NCBI RefSeq assembly: GCF_018350175.1
Contig: NC_058383.1
Location: 38,812,001-38,876,000 of the forward strand
Reading direction: 5' to 3'
DNA from: Felis catus
Lineage: Eukaryota
Length of the DNA stretch: 64,000 nt
Shown here: positions 1 through 11,400 of the stretch, piece after piece
How the letters are laid out: each line of letters begins with the position of its first letter
How positions within the stretch are numbered: position 1 is the first letter of the stretch
Notes under the pieces: generated by a model
The model's database searches: none
Seen by the model: the letters and a program-made list of their open reading frames with translations, nothing else
Told to the model about the DNA's origin: nothing
Translations under genes and position numbers: made by a program

Positions 1-813
1 GGCACGACCCGCTGACTCAGTGGTCACTGGCATATGTCTCCTGTCCCGCTCTCCCACGGGCATCTTTTCCTTGGGCCTTCAGCCCAGAGCCTCTCCGCGG
101 GCAGGGACGCCAGCCTGGCGATCCAATCTGCCCGCCTCCGTTCCCCTTGGCCTTGAGAGGTGCAGAACCCTCACACACATTAATAGCCAACTAAGGCCTT
201 TATAATTAGTGGTCTAACGAGATGATTAGACCGCATGGCCTCGATCACACCGCTCCAGGGAAGCCCGTGGATAATTATGGCGGCTGTGACCTTTTGGGTC
301 AGATACCGCAGGCAACACACAACAGAGGCGACACGCAGAAGCGCAGAGCAGCGTGTGAGGCTGCCCGTGAGCACTGCTGCTTCCCCAGGCGGTGTTCCCG
401 AGTCAGGTAGGGGTGAGTGAGCAAGCCGCGCTCCCCTCAGCTAACCGCAAGGGCAGTCACGCAACCCTGCCGGCGACGCTGGCCGCTCTGTGTGTGGTCG
501 GAGCCCCTCAGTCACTGGTGTCCCAACTGGCCCAGTCCTATGGCTCTTACTATAACTGCAAGACACCCTTTGGCAATAACCATCAGGAAACTATGAAAAA
601 AAAAATAATAAAGGTTTATTACGTCAGGACCAGAAAATTATACAACATACCTGGGGCCAGGCAGTGAGGTCTCTGGGAAGCAGGGACAGAGAGCCCGAGC
701 GTGGGAGGGCAGGCTCACAGGCCTAGGGTTCTGCTCTGGTTGGGGTCCAGGGTGGGGGCCTAGGGTTTCATGAGCTCACTCTTTATTGCTAAATTTAAAA
801 TATAAGAGCAGGA

Positions 814-919
814 GGGATGCCTGGGGGGCTCAGTTGGCTGAGCATCTCTGTTTGGCTCAGGCCATGGTCTCACAGTTCGTGAGTTCGAGCCCTGCATTGG
901 GCTCTGTGCTGACAGCTCA
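814..919 (+). mobile_element. Can-SINE 5' half, truncated by gap
   Basis: gggatgcctggggggctcag...gttcgagccc head. Confidence 0.85.
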
Positions 920-1194
920 NNNNNNNNNNNNNNNNNNNNNNNNNNNNNNNNNNNNNNNNNNNNNNNNNNNNNNNNNNNNNNNNNNNNNNNNNNNNNNNNN
1001 NNNNNNNNNNNNNNNNNNNNNNNNNNNNNNNNNNNNNNNNNNNNNNNNNNNNNNNNNNNNNNNNNNNTGGGGGTGGACAAGGGCCCAAGTGGTCAGTTAC
1101 TGAAATCGACCAAACACTTTAGGACAAAGGAGCCCCAGCTGGGGGAGGTGGCCTGGCTCTTTAGTGTGGCCGGCAATGTGTTTGAGAAAGCCAG

Positions 1195-1280
1195 ATATAT
1201 ATGTATTATATATAAATAGATAGATAGATATAGATAGATATATAGATATATAGATATATAGATATATAGATATATATACA
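1195..1280. repeat. (TAGA/TATAGA)n microsatellite
   Basis: Direct inspection. Confidence 0.9.
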
Positions 1281-1637
1281 CATTTTTTTTTTTTTTTCAG
1301 CGGATGCCTCTTTGAAACGGATGCTTGGCCAATCAAATTAAGTCAGGCGCCTGCATTACCAAACCAAACACAATGTTCAGGGCCTACACTTCAGAAGCCT
1401 TTAGGTTTTCCCCATCTTTTTGTATTACAAAATTGCACCAACACTGTATTTGTAAGAATGTCTCTGCTGGACCTTCAGCCTGTAGGTGACCCTCCAGCAA
1501 GCAGCTCCCCGTGTGGCTCTGGGGCTCCGCAGTGCAGGGCTAAGGTGATGCCAGGTGGGGGGAGACCACTTTACATTTTCTTACTATATCCATATCCGTA
1601 TCCGTATCCGTATCCATATCTATCTATATATTTACGT

Positions 1638-2474
1638 TGTGGAGATAAGCTTAGGAATCCCCCGGGCTTAAACCAATGGGTTAACAAGGCATAAAGAAAT
1701 ACAAAGTTATAAAATGCTCACACCTGAGTTTGGGTAAACCAGATTAGCACTCCAAGGGGGGTGCAAAGATACTCCGAGAATAGGGAAGCACAAAGGTGCC
1801 AGGATTAGGGAGATGCACTGCACCCCAAAATAGAGAGGGGGCGCAGAGCCCCCAAAATAGAGAGAGGCAAAGGCCTGAAATAGAAATGGCACAAAGGTGC
1901 CCAATACACAGGAATAACAAGATTAGATATTCAGGGTGAAAGCACCCCAAATTTACTACCATAACAGAAAGCTGCTTTTATAGGAGAATAGGGCCAGGTT
2001 AGGTAAATGGTGAATTGGACTTTGGATCACTGCGCTGCAGGCAACGCAGCCCAGAGCGGAGATGGTTAACCAAAGAAAAGGTGCCTTATTAACCCTGAGG
2101 TTATTCCCCCTATCTGTCACCTCCCCTAGGCTGGCAAAGATAAACAGGCACAGAGCCTCCTGTCTGCTGTTAACAACCATCTACCCATCTGACCGGTGCC
2201 CTGATTTTGTTTTATATTGACCCAAACCCCAAACCCCAAACACCGTATATCTTTAAAAACCCCCTTTTCGCTCATGTCCACAAGTTAACGTTCACACCCA
2301 TGTGTGAACACACCCATTGTCTGTACACACCCATCACGTTTGCAAGCCTTCTGATCTGAATAAATATGGGGCAAGGACCCTTATTCGGGGCTCTTGTCTT
2401 TTTCCCAGACGTTAGCCATCTCTCTTTTGAATCCTGCGTCCGTTCTTTTGCTGGCCAAAAGAGAACTTTAGACT
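1638..2474 (+). mobile_element. ERV LTR, probably solo and relatively young; 3' end in gap
   Basis: Begins TGTGGAG. Has U3-like direct repeats, a TATA-like 'tatatctttaaaaacccc' at about 2245, AATAAA at about 2359 and a U5-like 'ttcggggctc'. Family not determined. Confidence 0.7.
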
Positions 2475-2609
2475 NNNNNNNNNNNNNNNNNNNNNNNNNN
2501 NNNNNNNNNNNNNNNNNNNNNNNNNNNNNNNNNNNNNNNNNNNNNNNNNNNNNNNNNNNNNNNNNNNNNNNNNNNNNNNNNNNNNNNNNNNNNNNNNNNN
2601 NNNNNNNNA

Positions 2610-2805
2610 TATAGTTCTACGTATAGTTCCATATATTATAGTTATATATATAGTTCTATATATAGGATATATATATATATGATATATATAGTTCTACGTA
2701 TATATATATATGATATATATATATAGTACTATATATATGATATGCATATACAAACTATAGTTAACTATCTAGACAGATATACACATATACACACACACAT
2801 ACATG
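2610..2805. repeat. (TA)n/(CA)n low-complexity microsatellite
   Basis: Direct inspection. Confidence 0.9.
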
Positions 2806-2816
2806 CCTCTTTTGTA

Positions 2817-3065
2817 AGGTTTCTTTTATTTTTAAGTAATCTCTACACCCACAACCCTGAGATCAAGAGTCACATGCTCTACTAACTGAGCTAGCCAGGC
2901 ACCCCTCTAATTTTATAATTCTTTTTTAAGTAGGGTTCGGGCCTAGCGTGGAGCCCAACGTGGGCCTTGAACTCATGACCTGAGGTGACACCAAGTGTTG
3001 GACACTTAACTGACTGAGCCACGTAGGCACCCCTAGTTTTATAATTTTTTATAAGTTTATTTATT

Positions 3066-3102
<37 letters not shown>

Positions 3103-3258
3103 AAGTGGGAAAGGGGCAGAGAGAGAGGGAATCCCAAGCAGGCTCTGTGCTGATCGCCTAGAGCCTGATGTGGGGCTTGAACTCATGATCTGTGAGATCA
3201 CGACCTGAGCAGAGATCAAGAGTCGGATGCGTGAGTGACTAAGCCACCCAGGCACCCC
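2817..3258 (-). mobile_element. Three tandem Can-SINEs (2817-2905, 2922-3033, 3046-3258)
   Basis: Each ends ...ggcacccc on the + strand (SINE head on -); the third has a (GA)n tract and T-rich tail. Confidence 0.85.
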
Positions 3259-4412
3259 TAATTTTGTAATTTTTAAGTGACGGGATTTCATGGGTTGATC
3301 TTTTACTTTTCAGTGGTTTTCTTGTTTTTCCCAGTGTTTTTAAATAAAAAGATGCCAAGCCTGGTAGTCATAATTCATCTGAATTTTCATAAAACAATCC
3401 TAAGAAAATAAAGTTACTGCTTTTAAAGCTGTAGAAATTTCTGAATCATAGAGAGCATCCACCCCAAGAAGGAGTGGGGGGTGGGGGAACATGCTGACCT
3501 GGGCCAGGACGCGCTGTACGAAGGCTGCTGTGTGTTGTGCGGCCAAGGAGGCAATGCTCCCAAACGCTGTAGACCAGGACGGTCCCTGTGGCCTTTCCTC
3601 ACCAGGTTCCTTTCTAGTGTCTTACTTCTCCCGGTCCTGGGCACAGGAACAGAGTCACAGTCCAGGGGCTTGGATCTGAGGCATCTTTGGGGCCCCCGTG
3701 CCGCTGGGAGGCTGCTCAGGCAAACACTCTGCTTGCCGAGAGCCTGGCCTGCCCGTCCTGTGCTGAGGCTGCTAGCGCTGGCCAGGCCACACAGCCCAGC
3801 CGGGGCCTGGAAGCTACAAGGCCTGGCCAGGAAGGTGCTTGCGGCCCCGTGGGACGAGCTGGGCTGCAGCTGAGGCCTCCAGCTCAAAAGGAGACACCGG
3901 AGACCCTCCCAAGTGGTTGGGGGCACTGTATCAGCCCCGGGAGCTAGCCTTCTGCTGGGGTCTGGTGTCCCTCTGGAGGACAGGGTGTGATTCTTTTCCA
4001 GACATCCCCCCTTGGCCACTTCTGATTGGTAGGTGCCTATTTGTTTGTGTCCTGCACGGCTGGAACAGGAGCTCCAGGGCCCCAAGTCCAGGACTCAAGG
4101 GGTGGAAATGCGAGTGGCCCCACTCACCCCTGTCCCAGCGGCCACCAACATTGTTTCCGCCTCTCAGGCTCCGCTGGACAAGCGGCCTCAGCTCCAGAGG
4201 AAAGGGTAAATCCACGGCGCTGCGACAAGGCCACGAAACAGGAGGCTGAAGGCACAGGCCAGGCCCGTCCACCTGGAGAACAAGCAGAGGCAGGGTGCGA
4301 GCTGATTCTTAGAGTGGATGGAAAAGCAGCTACAAAAAAGGCTGGTCTGGGAGGCTCTAGCAAGCAGTTTCAGGTTTTATCCTGAAAGCACTGGGAAAGT
4401 TTTAAGCATTTT

Positions 4413-4639
4413 ATTTATTTTATTTTTTCCCCATGTTCATGTACTTATTTTGAGAGAGGAGAGAAAAAAGTGCACAGGGAGGGGAAGGGCAGAGAGAGGG
4501 GGAAAGAGAGACTCCCAATCAGGTTAGGTGCTGTCTGTGCAGAGCCCGACGTGGGGCTCGATCTCTTGAACCGTGAGATCATGACCTGAGCTGAAACTGA
4601 GGGTGGGACACTCAACTGACTGAGCCACCCAGGTGCCCC
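4413..4639 (-). mobile_element. Can-SINE with TSD ttaagcatttt
   Basis: TSD at 4402-4412 and 4640-4650. Confidence 0.9.
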
Positions 4640-4798
4640 TTAAGCATTTTAGAAGGTTGCATTTAAGGACTATTACTCTAACGAGCTAGACGCTGAAGTG
4701 TTAAACAGTATCCGTCTCTGGAGGATGGAGCTGCCTGTGCTTATTTCTGTTTATCTGTGTTTTCTCATGTGTCCTCCAGTGACAGTGGCTGACAGATA

Positions 4799-5219
4799 TG
4801 TATCAGTGTCCTGAAGCCGCCATAACACACTGCCCCACACTGGGAGGCCTACAACAGCATAGATTCATTCTTGCCCAGTCTAGAAGCCACAAGTCCTAAA
4901 TCAAGGTGTTGCGGGGCTTTGCTCCTCCAGAGGCGGCTTCTCTGCCTTTCCCAGCTTTTGGCGGCTGCTGGCACTCCTTAGCTTGTGACCACACCCCCCA
5001 ATCTCTGCCTTTATCTTCTCATGGCCTTCTCCCAGCGTCTGTCTCTTCTACTTAGGATGACACCGGTCACTGGATTTCGGGTCTACCCTAAATGCACGAT
5101 AATTTTGTCTGGAGACCCTTAACTACATCTGCAAAGTCCCTTATTCCAAATAAGGTTACATTCTGAGGTTTTGAATGGACATGAAGTTTGGGGCGGGGGA
5201 CACTAGTCAACCCACTACA
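4799..5219 (-). mobile_element. MaLR MLT1-type solo LTR
   Basis: tgtatcagt...gccataaca...aaatcaaggtg...aataaggttacattctgagg...actaca matches the MLT1B/C pattern. Confidence 0.8.
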
Positions 5220-5846
5220 CGTGGGACACAAAATTTCAAAGGAAAATTTAAAAATCCCTCTGGAGGACCCCTGAAAGCTGGAGGGGAAGCCTGGAGGCCA
5301 GGAGCCTAAAGAGGAGGCATTGCTGGAGTCCAGGCCCGCCTGTGGGCATCGGCGGTGGGAAGGACAGAGGTCAGCATGCTGGGAAAGCTGTGCAAGCCAA
5401 GTCAGTAAGACTCTGGGCTGCTGGCTTTCTGGCTTGGATGAAGGTGCTACTTACCCAGATGGGAATGACAAGAGAAGCAGTTTCGGGAGGAAGAGCCATG
5501 AGAAAACCTCCATGAGCCGGGTATTGCCTCCCAGCATGACCAAGAGCGACTCCTCTCTGAAGGAGTCCTAAAACTAAAGAATCGGTGGAACGGGAGTTTG
5601 TGCCTTCTTGCTACGGTCCAGTTTTCTAATTGTCACATATGCCTAACTGTGCCACTTTGCAAAGGGTGGACCATAAACCTAACACACACATTTCAGGATG
5701 TATGGCTTTGTGCATCCTGCTAGTTTAGCCACGTTGTAAATTTCCATAAAAGAAGACTGCAATGTTCAAGCTCACTCATGATGAGTGACATGCCACCTAA
5801 AGCCACACTGGCATAAGCTGGATTTCATTAAAGTTAAAAACCTTCA

Positions 5847-6050
5847 GGGGCACCTGGGTGGCTCAGTTGGTTGAGCGTCCGACTACGGCTCAGGTCACGG
5901 TATCACGGTCCATGGGTTCGAGCCCCAGGTCGAACTCTGTGCTGACAGCTCAGAGCCTGGAGCCTGCTTAGAATTCTGTGTGCCCCTCTCTCTCTACCTC
6001 TCCCCCGCTCGTGCTATGTCTCTCAAAAATAAAACGTTAAAAAAATTTAA
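5847..6050 (+). mobile_element. Can-SINE
   Basis: ggggcacctgggtggctcag head, (CT)n, A-tail, TSD-like ttaaaaa(c)cttca. Confidence 0.9.
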
Positions 6051-6054
6051 AAAC

Positions 6055-8990
6055 TTCATGCATGGAAAAGACACTACCAAAATGCGAAAAACAACCCATA
6101 GAATGGGAAGATATAGTCACAAATCAGATATCTGATAAGTAATCGATACCAATAATATATAGAGAACACTTGTAACTCAGGAACAAGAAAACCAACCCAA
6201 TAAAAAAATGGACAAAGGACCCAAATAGACAATCCTCCAAGGACGATCCTCAAATGAACAAAAAACACATGACAAGAGGCTCAATGTCATCAGAGAAAGG
6301 CTAATCAAAGATACAACGAGGGGCGCCTGGGTGGCTCAGTCGGTTGGCCATCTGACTCTTGACTTCAGCCCAGGTCATGATCTCACGGTATGTGGGTTCG
6401 AGCCCCATGTTGGGGTCTTTGCTGACACTGAGGAGAGGAGCCTGCTTGGGATTGTCTCTATTTCCCTCTCCACTTGCCTCTCTCTCTGTGTCTCAAAATA
6501 AGTGAATAAACTTAAATAAAAAAAAAAGATACAAGATTGCACTTCACACCCGCCAGCATTGCTGAAGTCACAGGGACAGACAACTGCTGGCGAGGCCGTG
6601 GAGAAACGAACGCTCGTGCACCGCTAGTGGGGACGCAAAATGGTGTGGCCCCAGGGGAACACAGCGTGGAGCTTCCTCAAATAGCTTAAACATGGAATTA
6701 CAGATGACCCGGCAATTCTAATCCTGGGTGCACACCTAAGAAATAAAAGCAGACGTGTACACAGAAAGCTGTACGCCAACATTCACAGCAGCATCGTTCA
6801 CAACAGCCCAAATGTGGAAACTCAAACGTCCACCAGTGAACGAACGGACAAACAAAAGGTGGGAATGTACATTCAACGGAATAGATTCGACCGTGAAAGA
6901 GAAGGAAGCTCTGACACATGCTACTACACACAGAAGCCTCGAAAACATTGCGTTCAGTGCAATAAGCCAGGCATAAAAGGAGAGAGAGTGTGTGATTCTA
7001 CGCATAGGGGACCTAGAAGAGGCAAATTTATAGACACAGAAAACAGAGTAAAGGTTACTGGGCTGGGAGAAGGAGGAAGAAGGAGTTATTGTTCACGGGG
7101 ACAGTTCGGGTGATGAAAAGGGTCTGGAAAGGGATGGGGGTGATGGTGGCAAAACACTGTGAATATACTTAACGCTACTGAACGGCCTGTGAATAGTTAC
7201 AAGGGTACATTTCAGGGTGTGTACATTTTGCCACTACACTGAATTCCACCTCTCACTTACCAGGTTAGCAGAAATTGGGAAATACAGCAACCCACTCTGT
7301 TGGCGAGGCTGTGGGAAAGCAGGCCTTCTCATATTTTGCTTGTGGGAGGAATCTGTCATTACCAACAAAACTCCATGCCTTTACCTTTCGCCTTAGCAAT
7401 CCTGCTTCTAGAAATTTCTCTTGTAGGTACACCCTCAACAATACAAAAATACCTCTGACTTGGTTACTCATGGCAGCTGGGTGTGTAACGATAAAATATT
7501 AGAAACAATTTAGATGCTCATACATAAATGAGTGATTGAATCGAAGTCCACCCACAGATCTCTGTAAGTTGACGTGGAATGATTTCCAGGCCATATTGCT
7601 AAGTGAACAACAGGAAGTGTGAAAAAGTATCTAGAGCGTGCAACTTCGCGTAGGAAAGAAGGGGAATTAAGAAAATACACATTTGCCTCCTCACCTGAGC
7701 AAAGAGTAACCTAGGAAAGAAAAACCTAAGAGGACTGAGATTGATTCCAGAAGGTAGTTGGCAGGAACTGCACGGGGTGGGGAGGGAATGAGAGAGAAGC
7801 CATTTCTCTGAACGTACCTTTCGGTACCGCCTTTTGGAATCAAGTTATCGCTTCGAGTACTCGAAAAAAAGAAAATAGATCAAACCTTCAAGGAAGAGGA
7901 ATCTTCAAGGGAGGAAAAGTCCTAAAATGTAACACATACAGAAACAAATGAATCAAAAGCATTATTTCAAATGAATCACACACACACACTCAAGGGTGAG
8001 GAAAAAAACAATAACATAAGCAACTTCTGAATATAGTATTCAGAGCATATGCCCCCAAGCTAAAGACAAAAAGAACTCCAAACAAATATTTAACTCTAAT
8101 CGATAGGCTCCCCACTGCTCCAGACATAGATGAACAAATCTGAAGCTACTTTTTGGAATTCTAGGAAATTGAACAAATCAATCAATCAATCGATGGGTGA
8201 ATCGGGAGCCAAGTTCTCAGGGCTGGAGAATACAGTTACAAACACCGGTGGGGGGGGGGGGGAGGTCGGGGGAGGAGGAGGAGGAGAGGAGAGAAAAACC
8301 CTGCAGCATTAGGTTGGCATTAGAGGCGTTGTAAACTCGGGGGTGTGCACATCTTATCCATTTCCCAGCTCTGTTTTCCAAGAAGGCCCAGAAGTAATGA
8401 TGCCACACGAAGTCTAAGTACGCCTACAACCCTTATCTTGGTTTGTGGACACATTTTTCTCTGTTTCCACCAGATACTTCTTCTTTTTCCTTTTTGAAAA
8501 CTACCAGGGGAAAACTAGAAATTTTACAGCAGAGAAACCACATTGACCACTTCTTCAACACATGAATCAAAGTCAGCGTTGGCAGTAATGGAACTCTTGG
8601 GAAGAATGTCCCTCTTCACATTGGGTACTGAGGACACAGCATTCATTTCCATGTTTTTCCCACCCAAAGCGCGGAACCTGAATCTAAACATGATGAGACA
8701 TCAGACAGACCCAACTTGCGGCACATTCTGCAAAATAAATGGCCTGTACTCTCCAAAAGTGACAATGTCATGAGTTACAAACGAAGAATTAGGAACTGTT
8801 CCAGATTAGTCTAAAAAAGACACGACAACCGAATGCAATGGATACATGGTTTTGAATTTCCTGTTGCTATCAAGGATTTGTTGGAACAATGGACAACGTT
8901 TCAATAAGGTCTGTAAATTACCGTAGTGTGTCAATCTTATCTTCCTGATTTTGAAATCTGTACTGTGGATGTCAGGGAATTCACCGTTCT
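6055..8990 (+). mobile_element. Old L1M (L1MB/L1MC-like) ORF2-end and 3' UTR fragments, containing a Can-SINE at 6320-6530
   Basis: Typical L1 3' motifs (gaatgggagaa, atatccaaa, atggaatta...atgacccggcaattc, ggtgatggtggc); no intact ORF. Confidence 0.75.
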
Positions 8991-9649
8991 TCCCACAGGA
9001 AAAGGAGAAGAACCCTCACCCACGGGGTTGTCATGAGCGTCAAATGCAGAACTTGGCCCCAAACAGTAGGTAAATACAGGGAAGGATAATTATGGCAGGA
9101 ACGAGTCTCAGGGGAAGCGGTGGGTTTTAAGATACCACCACCCTACACCCTCAACTTCAGAAACACCAGCTCGGGCCCAGAAAGACTGTTCCCTAGGCTA
9201 CTCAGAGGTGCTTCCGCTCACGGGAGCATTACCCACAGGTGCCGGGTTCCAGGCAGCGGGTTTAGAACAGCGCCCGGGGCCACCGCTCCCACCCGAAACC
9301 GCGGGGCTTCCTGGTCCAGCTCCTGAGACGGGTATTTGCTAAAATCAAATACAAAGCCCCAAAGTCAAAGGGGCGGCAGTTGATTAAGGGGCCTCGTGAG
9401 GGTGCGAGACGCCCCCCCCCCCCCAACCGAGGTAGGGGCGCGGCCAAGGGCGAGCCCAAGGTCGACTAGCAGGTGGTGGTCTGAGAGGCTCAGCGGCTTT
9501 CAGCTGTGCTGGGAGAGCGGGACTCCTCCTCGGGTTGCAAACGCGGACTTTAAAAAGGTAACAGGAGGCACTCTGCAGAGGGGTGAAGAATTTGAGGGTG
9601 TTTGTAACGTTGTTGCCCTGCCACGTTTAACGTGTCCCGGGTTCTGTAG

Positions 9650-11400
9650 AAAACGGCATCGGTGCCCGGCCGCCTTACCCGGAGGAACTAGTACGAAAAG
9701 TATCCCCCAAGGCAGCCAGCCGGCCCGGTTCAGCACTATCTGCAGCGGTGGAAGCTGCCAACCCCCTCGGCCAGCTGCCGTGGCTTTTGCCTCAGGCCCT
9801 GGGCCTGACGCCGGGCTCTGAAGTTAGGAGTGTACCCGCCGCCTAGGGTCTGCGGGGGCTTCTCCCGGGTGCGGAAGGCCGGGTGCGACGCTGCCGCGGG
9901 CTCGCCGCGCGAGGCCCGTGGCCACAGGGAAGCACTCAGGTCGCTGGGCTCGGACCATCAACTCCAAACATGGGGAGACAAAATGGCGGCCGTGCCTCGG
10001 GCCGAAGCCACATACGGGTTCCGCGGCACGCACGAACTGCAACTCCCAGAATGCTCTGGTTAGAAAGTGGGAGGGCGAGGAGCGCGCTAGCGTCCCTCGA
10101 TGTGGCGCTAGGCCCCCATGCCCCGCCTCCCTCCCGGCGGAAATACTCCGAATACGTGGCCCCCTCTGGTCCTCTCACCCGCCCTTCCTCGCACTGGCCG
10201 CAGGGATTCGTAGTTCCCTGGCAGCTGCGTTGAACCTCCCTTGGGCCTTAAGAAACTACGCTTCCCGAAGTGGCCTCGGCGCCTGCGCAAAGCGCCGCGG
10301 GACGTACTACGGTTCCCGGCGGGCCCTGCGACGCGCGCGGGTGCGTGCTGACGCGCTTCGTCGGTCGTGCTGACGTGCAGCGCGGCCCAGGCGGGGTGCG
10401 AGTGGCGCAGTCGGAGCCCGCTGCGGCCCCTGAGGAAGCGACGAGGCGTCTGTGTCGGCTGAGGCAGGCGGACCGGCGAGGCGAGGCGGCAGCTCCTGGC
10501 CCCGAGGGACTCGGGAGCGTGAGCAGCGGCAGCACCTCTCCCCCTCGGAGGCGGCGGGCGGAGGCGGCGGCGGCGGGTGAGAGGGTGAGGGAGCGCGCGA
10601 GCCGGGTGGGGGAGGGGCGGCGGCCCCGGCGCGAGGCCAAAGCGCGCGGAGAACGGTCCAGGCCGCCGCGCGCACGCGCGCTCGCCGCCCCTAGCTCACG
10701 CGGACGCCCTCGCTCGCCCGCCTCCCCTCCCCCTTCCCTTCGGTTCCCGTCGCGCGCGGGCTTTTACCTGCCTTCCCCTCCCCCATGGCAACGGCCCGCG
10801 CCGCCGAGGGCTCTCGGGCTCGCGCGCGCTCGCGACGAGGAGGGGGGAGCGCGCGCCTCGGCTTCTCGCCACCCCCACGCGTGCGGCCGAGGAGGGCCTC
10901 CCGCAGCTACCCCTTTCGACATTTTCTCGGCGGGGCGGCGGCGGCGGCCGTGGCCGTGGCCGTGGCGCGTTCCTGGGGCCCTCCCCCCGAGCCTCTCCGG
11001 CCTTCGGCTTCTCCGTCCCTCCCGGGGGCCTGCGGGCCGGCGCGGAGCCTCCCAGACTCCCGGGCGCCGCGCAGCCCCCTCCCCCACCCCTCAAGGCCGA
11101 AAATAGGCCTTGGCCGCCCAGCCGGCGCAGGGGAGGCCTGGAACTGGGTGCCCTGGAGACGTAGGTAGTTCGCGCCCGTTGCCGGCGGCCTTGAAGCGGT
11201 AGGGAGACGCAAGCGCTGCGGCTTGTCTTGTTGTGTTTTAACGTAAAGATGACGTGCTCGGCCCAGGCATGCGAGGGAGTGTAGGTGCCCCCCCGGCCCC
11301 CCACTCCTTCATTGTCTTCTCCCAAGTTAAAGCTTCGCGAGGCCGGTGGAGCGCTGCCTGGGGAAGGAAGCGCCGGGCTCCGCTTCAGGCTCTATCTGGC
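9650..11400. promoter_or_regulatory. SRRM2 CpG-island promoter, probably bidirectional
   Basis: Very high CpG/GC content. ZNF143/THAP11-type ACTACnnnTCCC motifs at 10036-10054, 10201-10214 (-), 10255-10270 and 10306-10320. YY1 motif CAAAATGGCGGC at 9979-9990. NRF1-like GCGCCTGCGCA at about 10279. Confidence 0.85.
10395..10576 (+). other. SRRM2: SRRM2 non-coding exon 1 (5' end approximate)
   Basis: GC-rich segment in the CpG island ending (GGC)n|gtgaga at 10576/7, directly downstream of the promoter motifs. Confidence 0.7.

Larger units (their letters stand above)
590..1578 (-). mobile_element. Degenerate LTR-like sequence interrupted by a SINE, a gap and a microsatellite
   Basis: tttatt/ggggtccagggtggggg motifs resemble the reverse strand of ERV1 LTRs, and the segment ends ...ccactttaca (TGTAAAG on -). 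Confidence 0.3.

Noticed and set aside
3420-4385. Unique GC-rich block with several ORFs; considered FLYWCH2 or PRSS27 exons
   Set aside because: No recalled FLYWCH or protease motifs in any listed frame.
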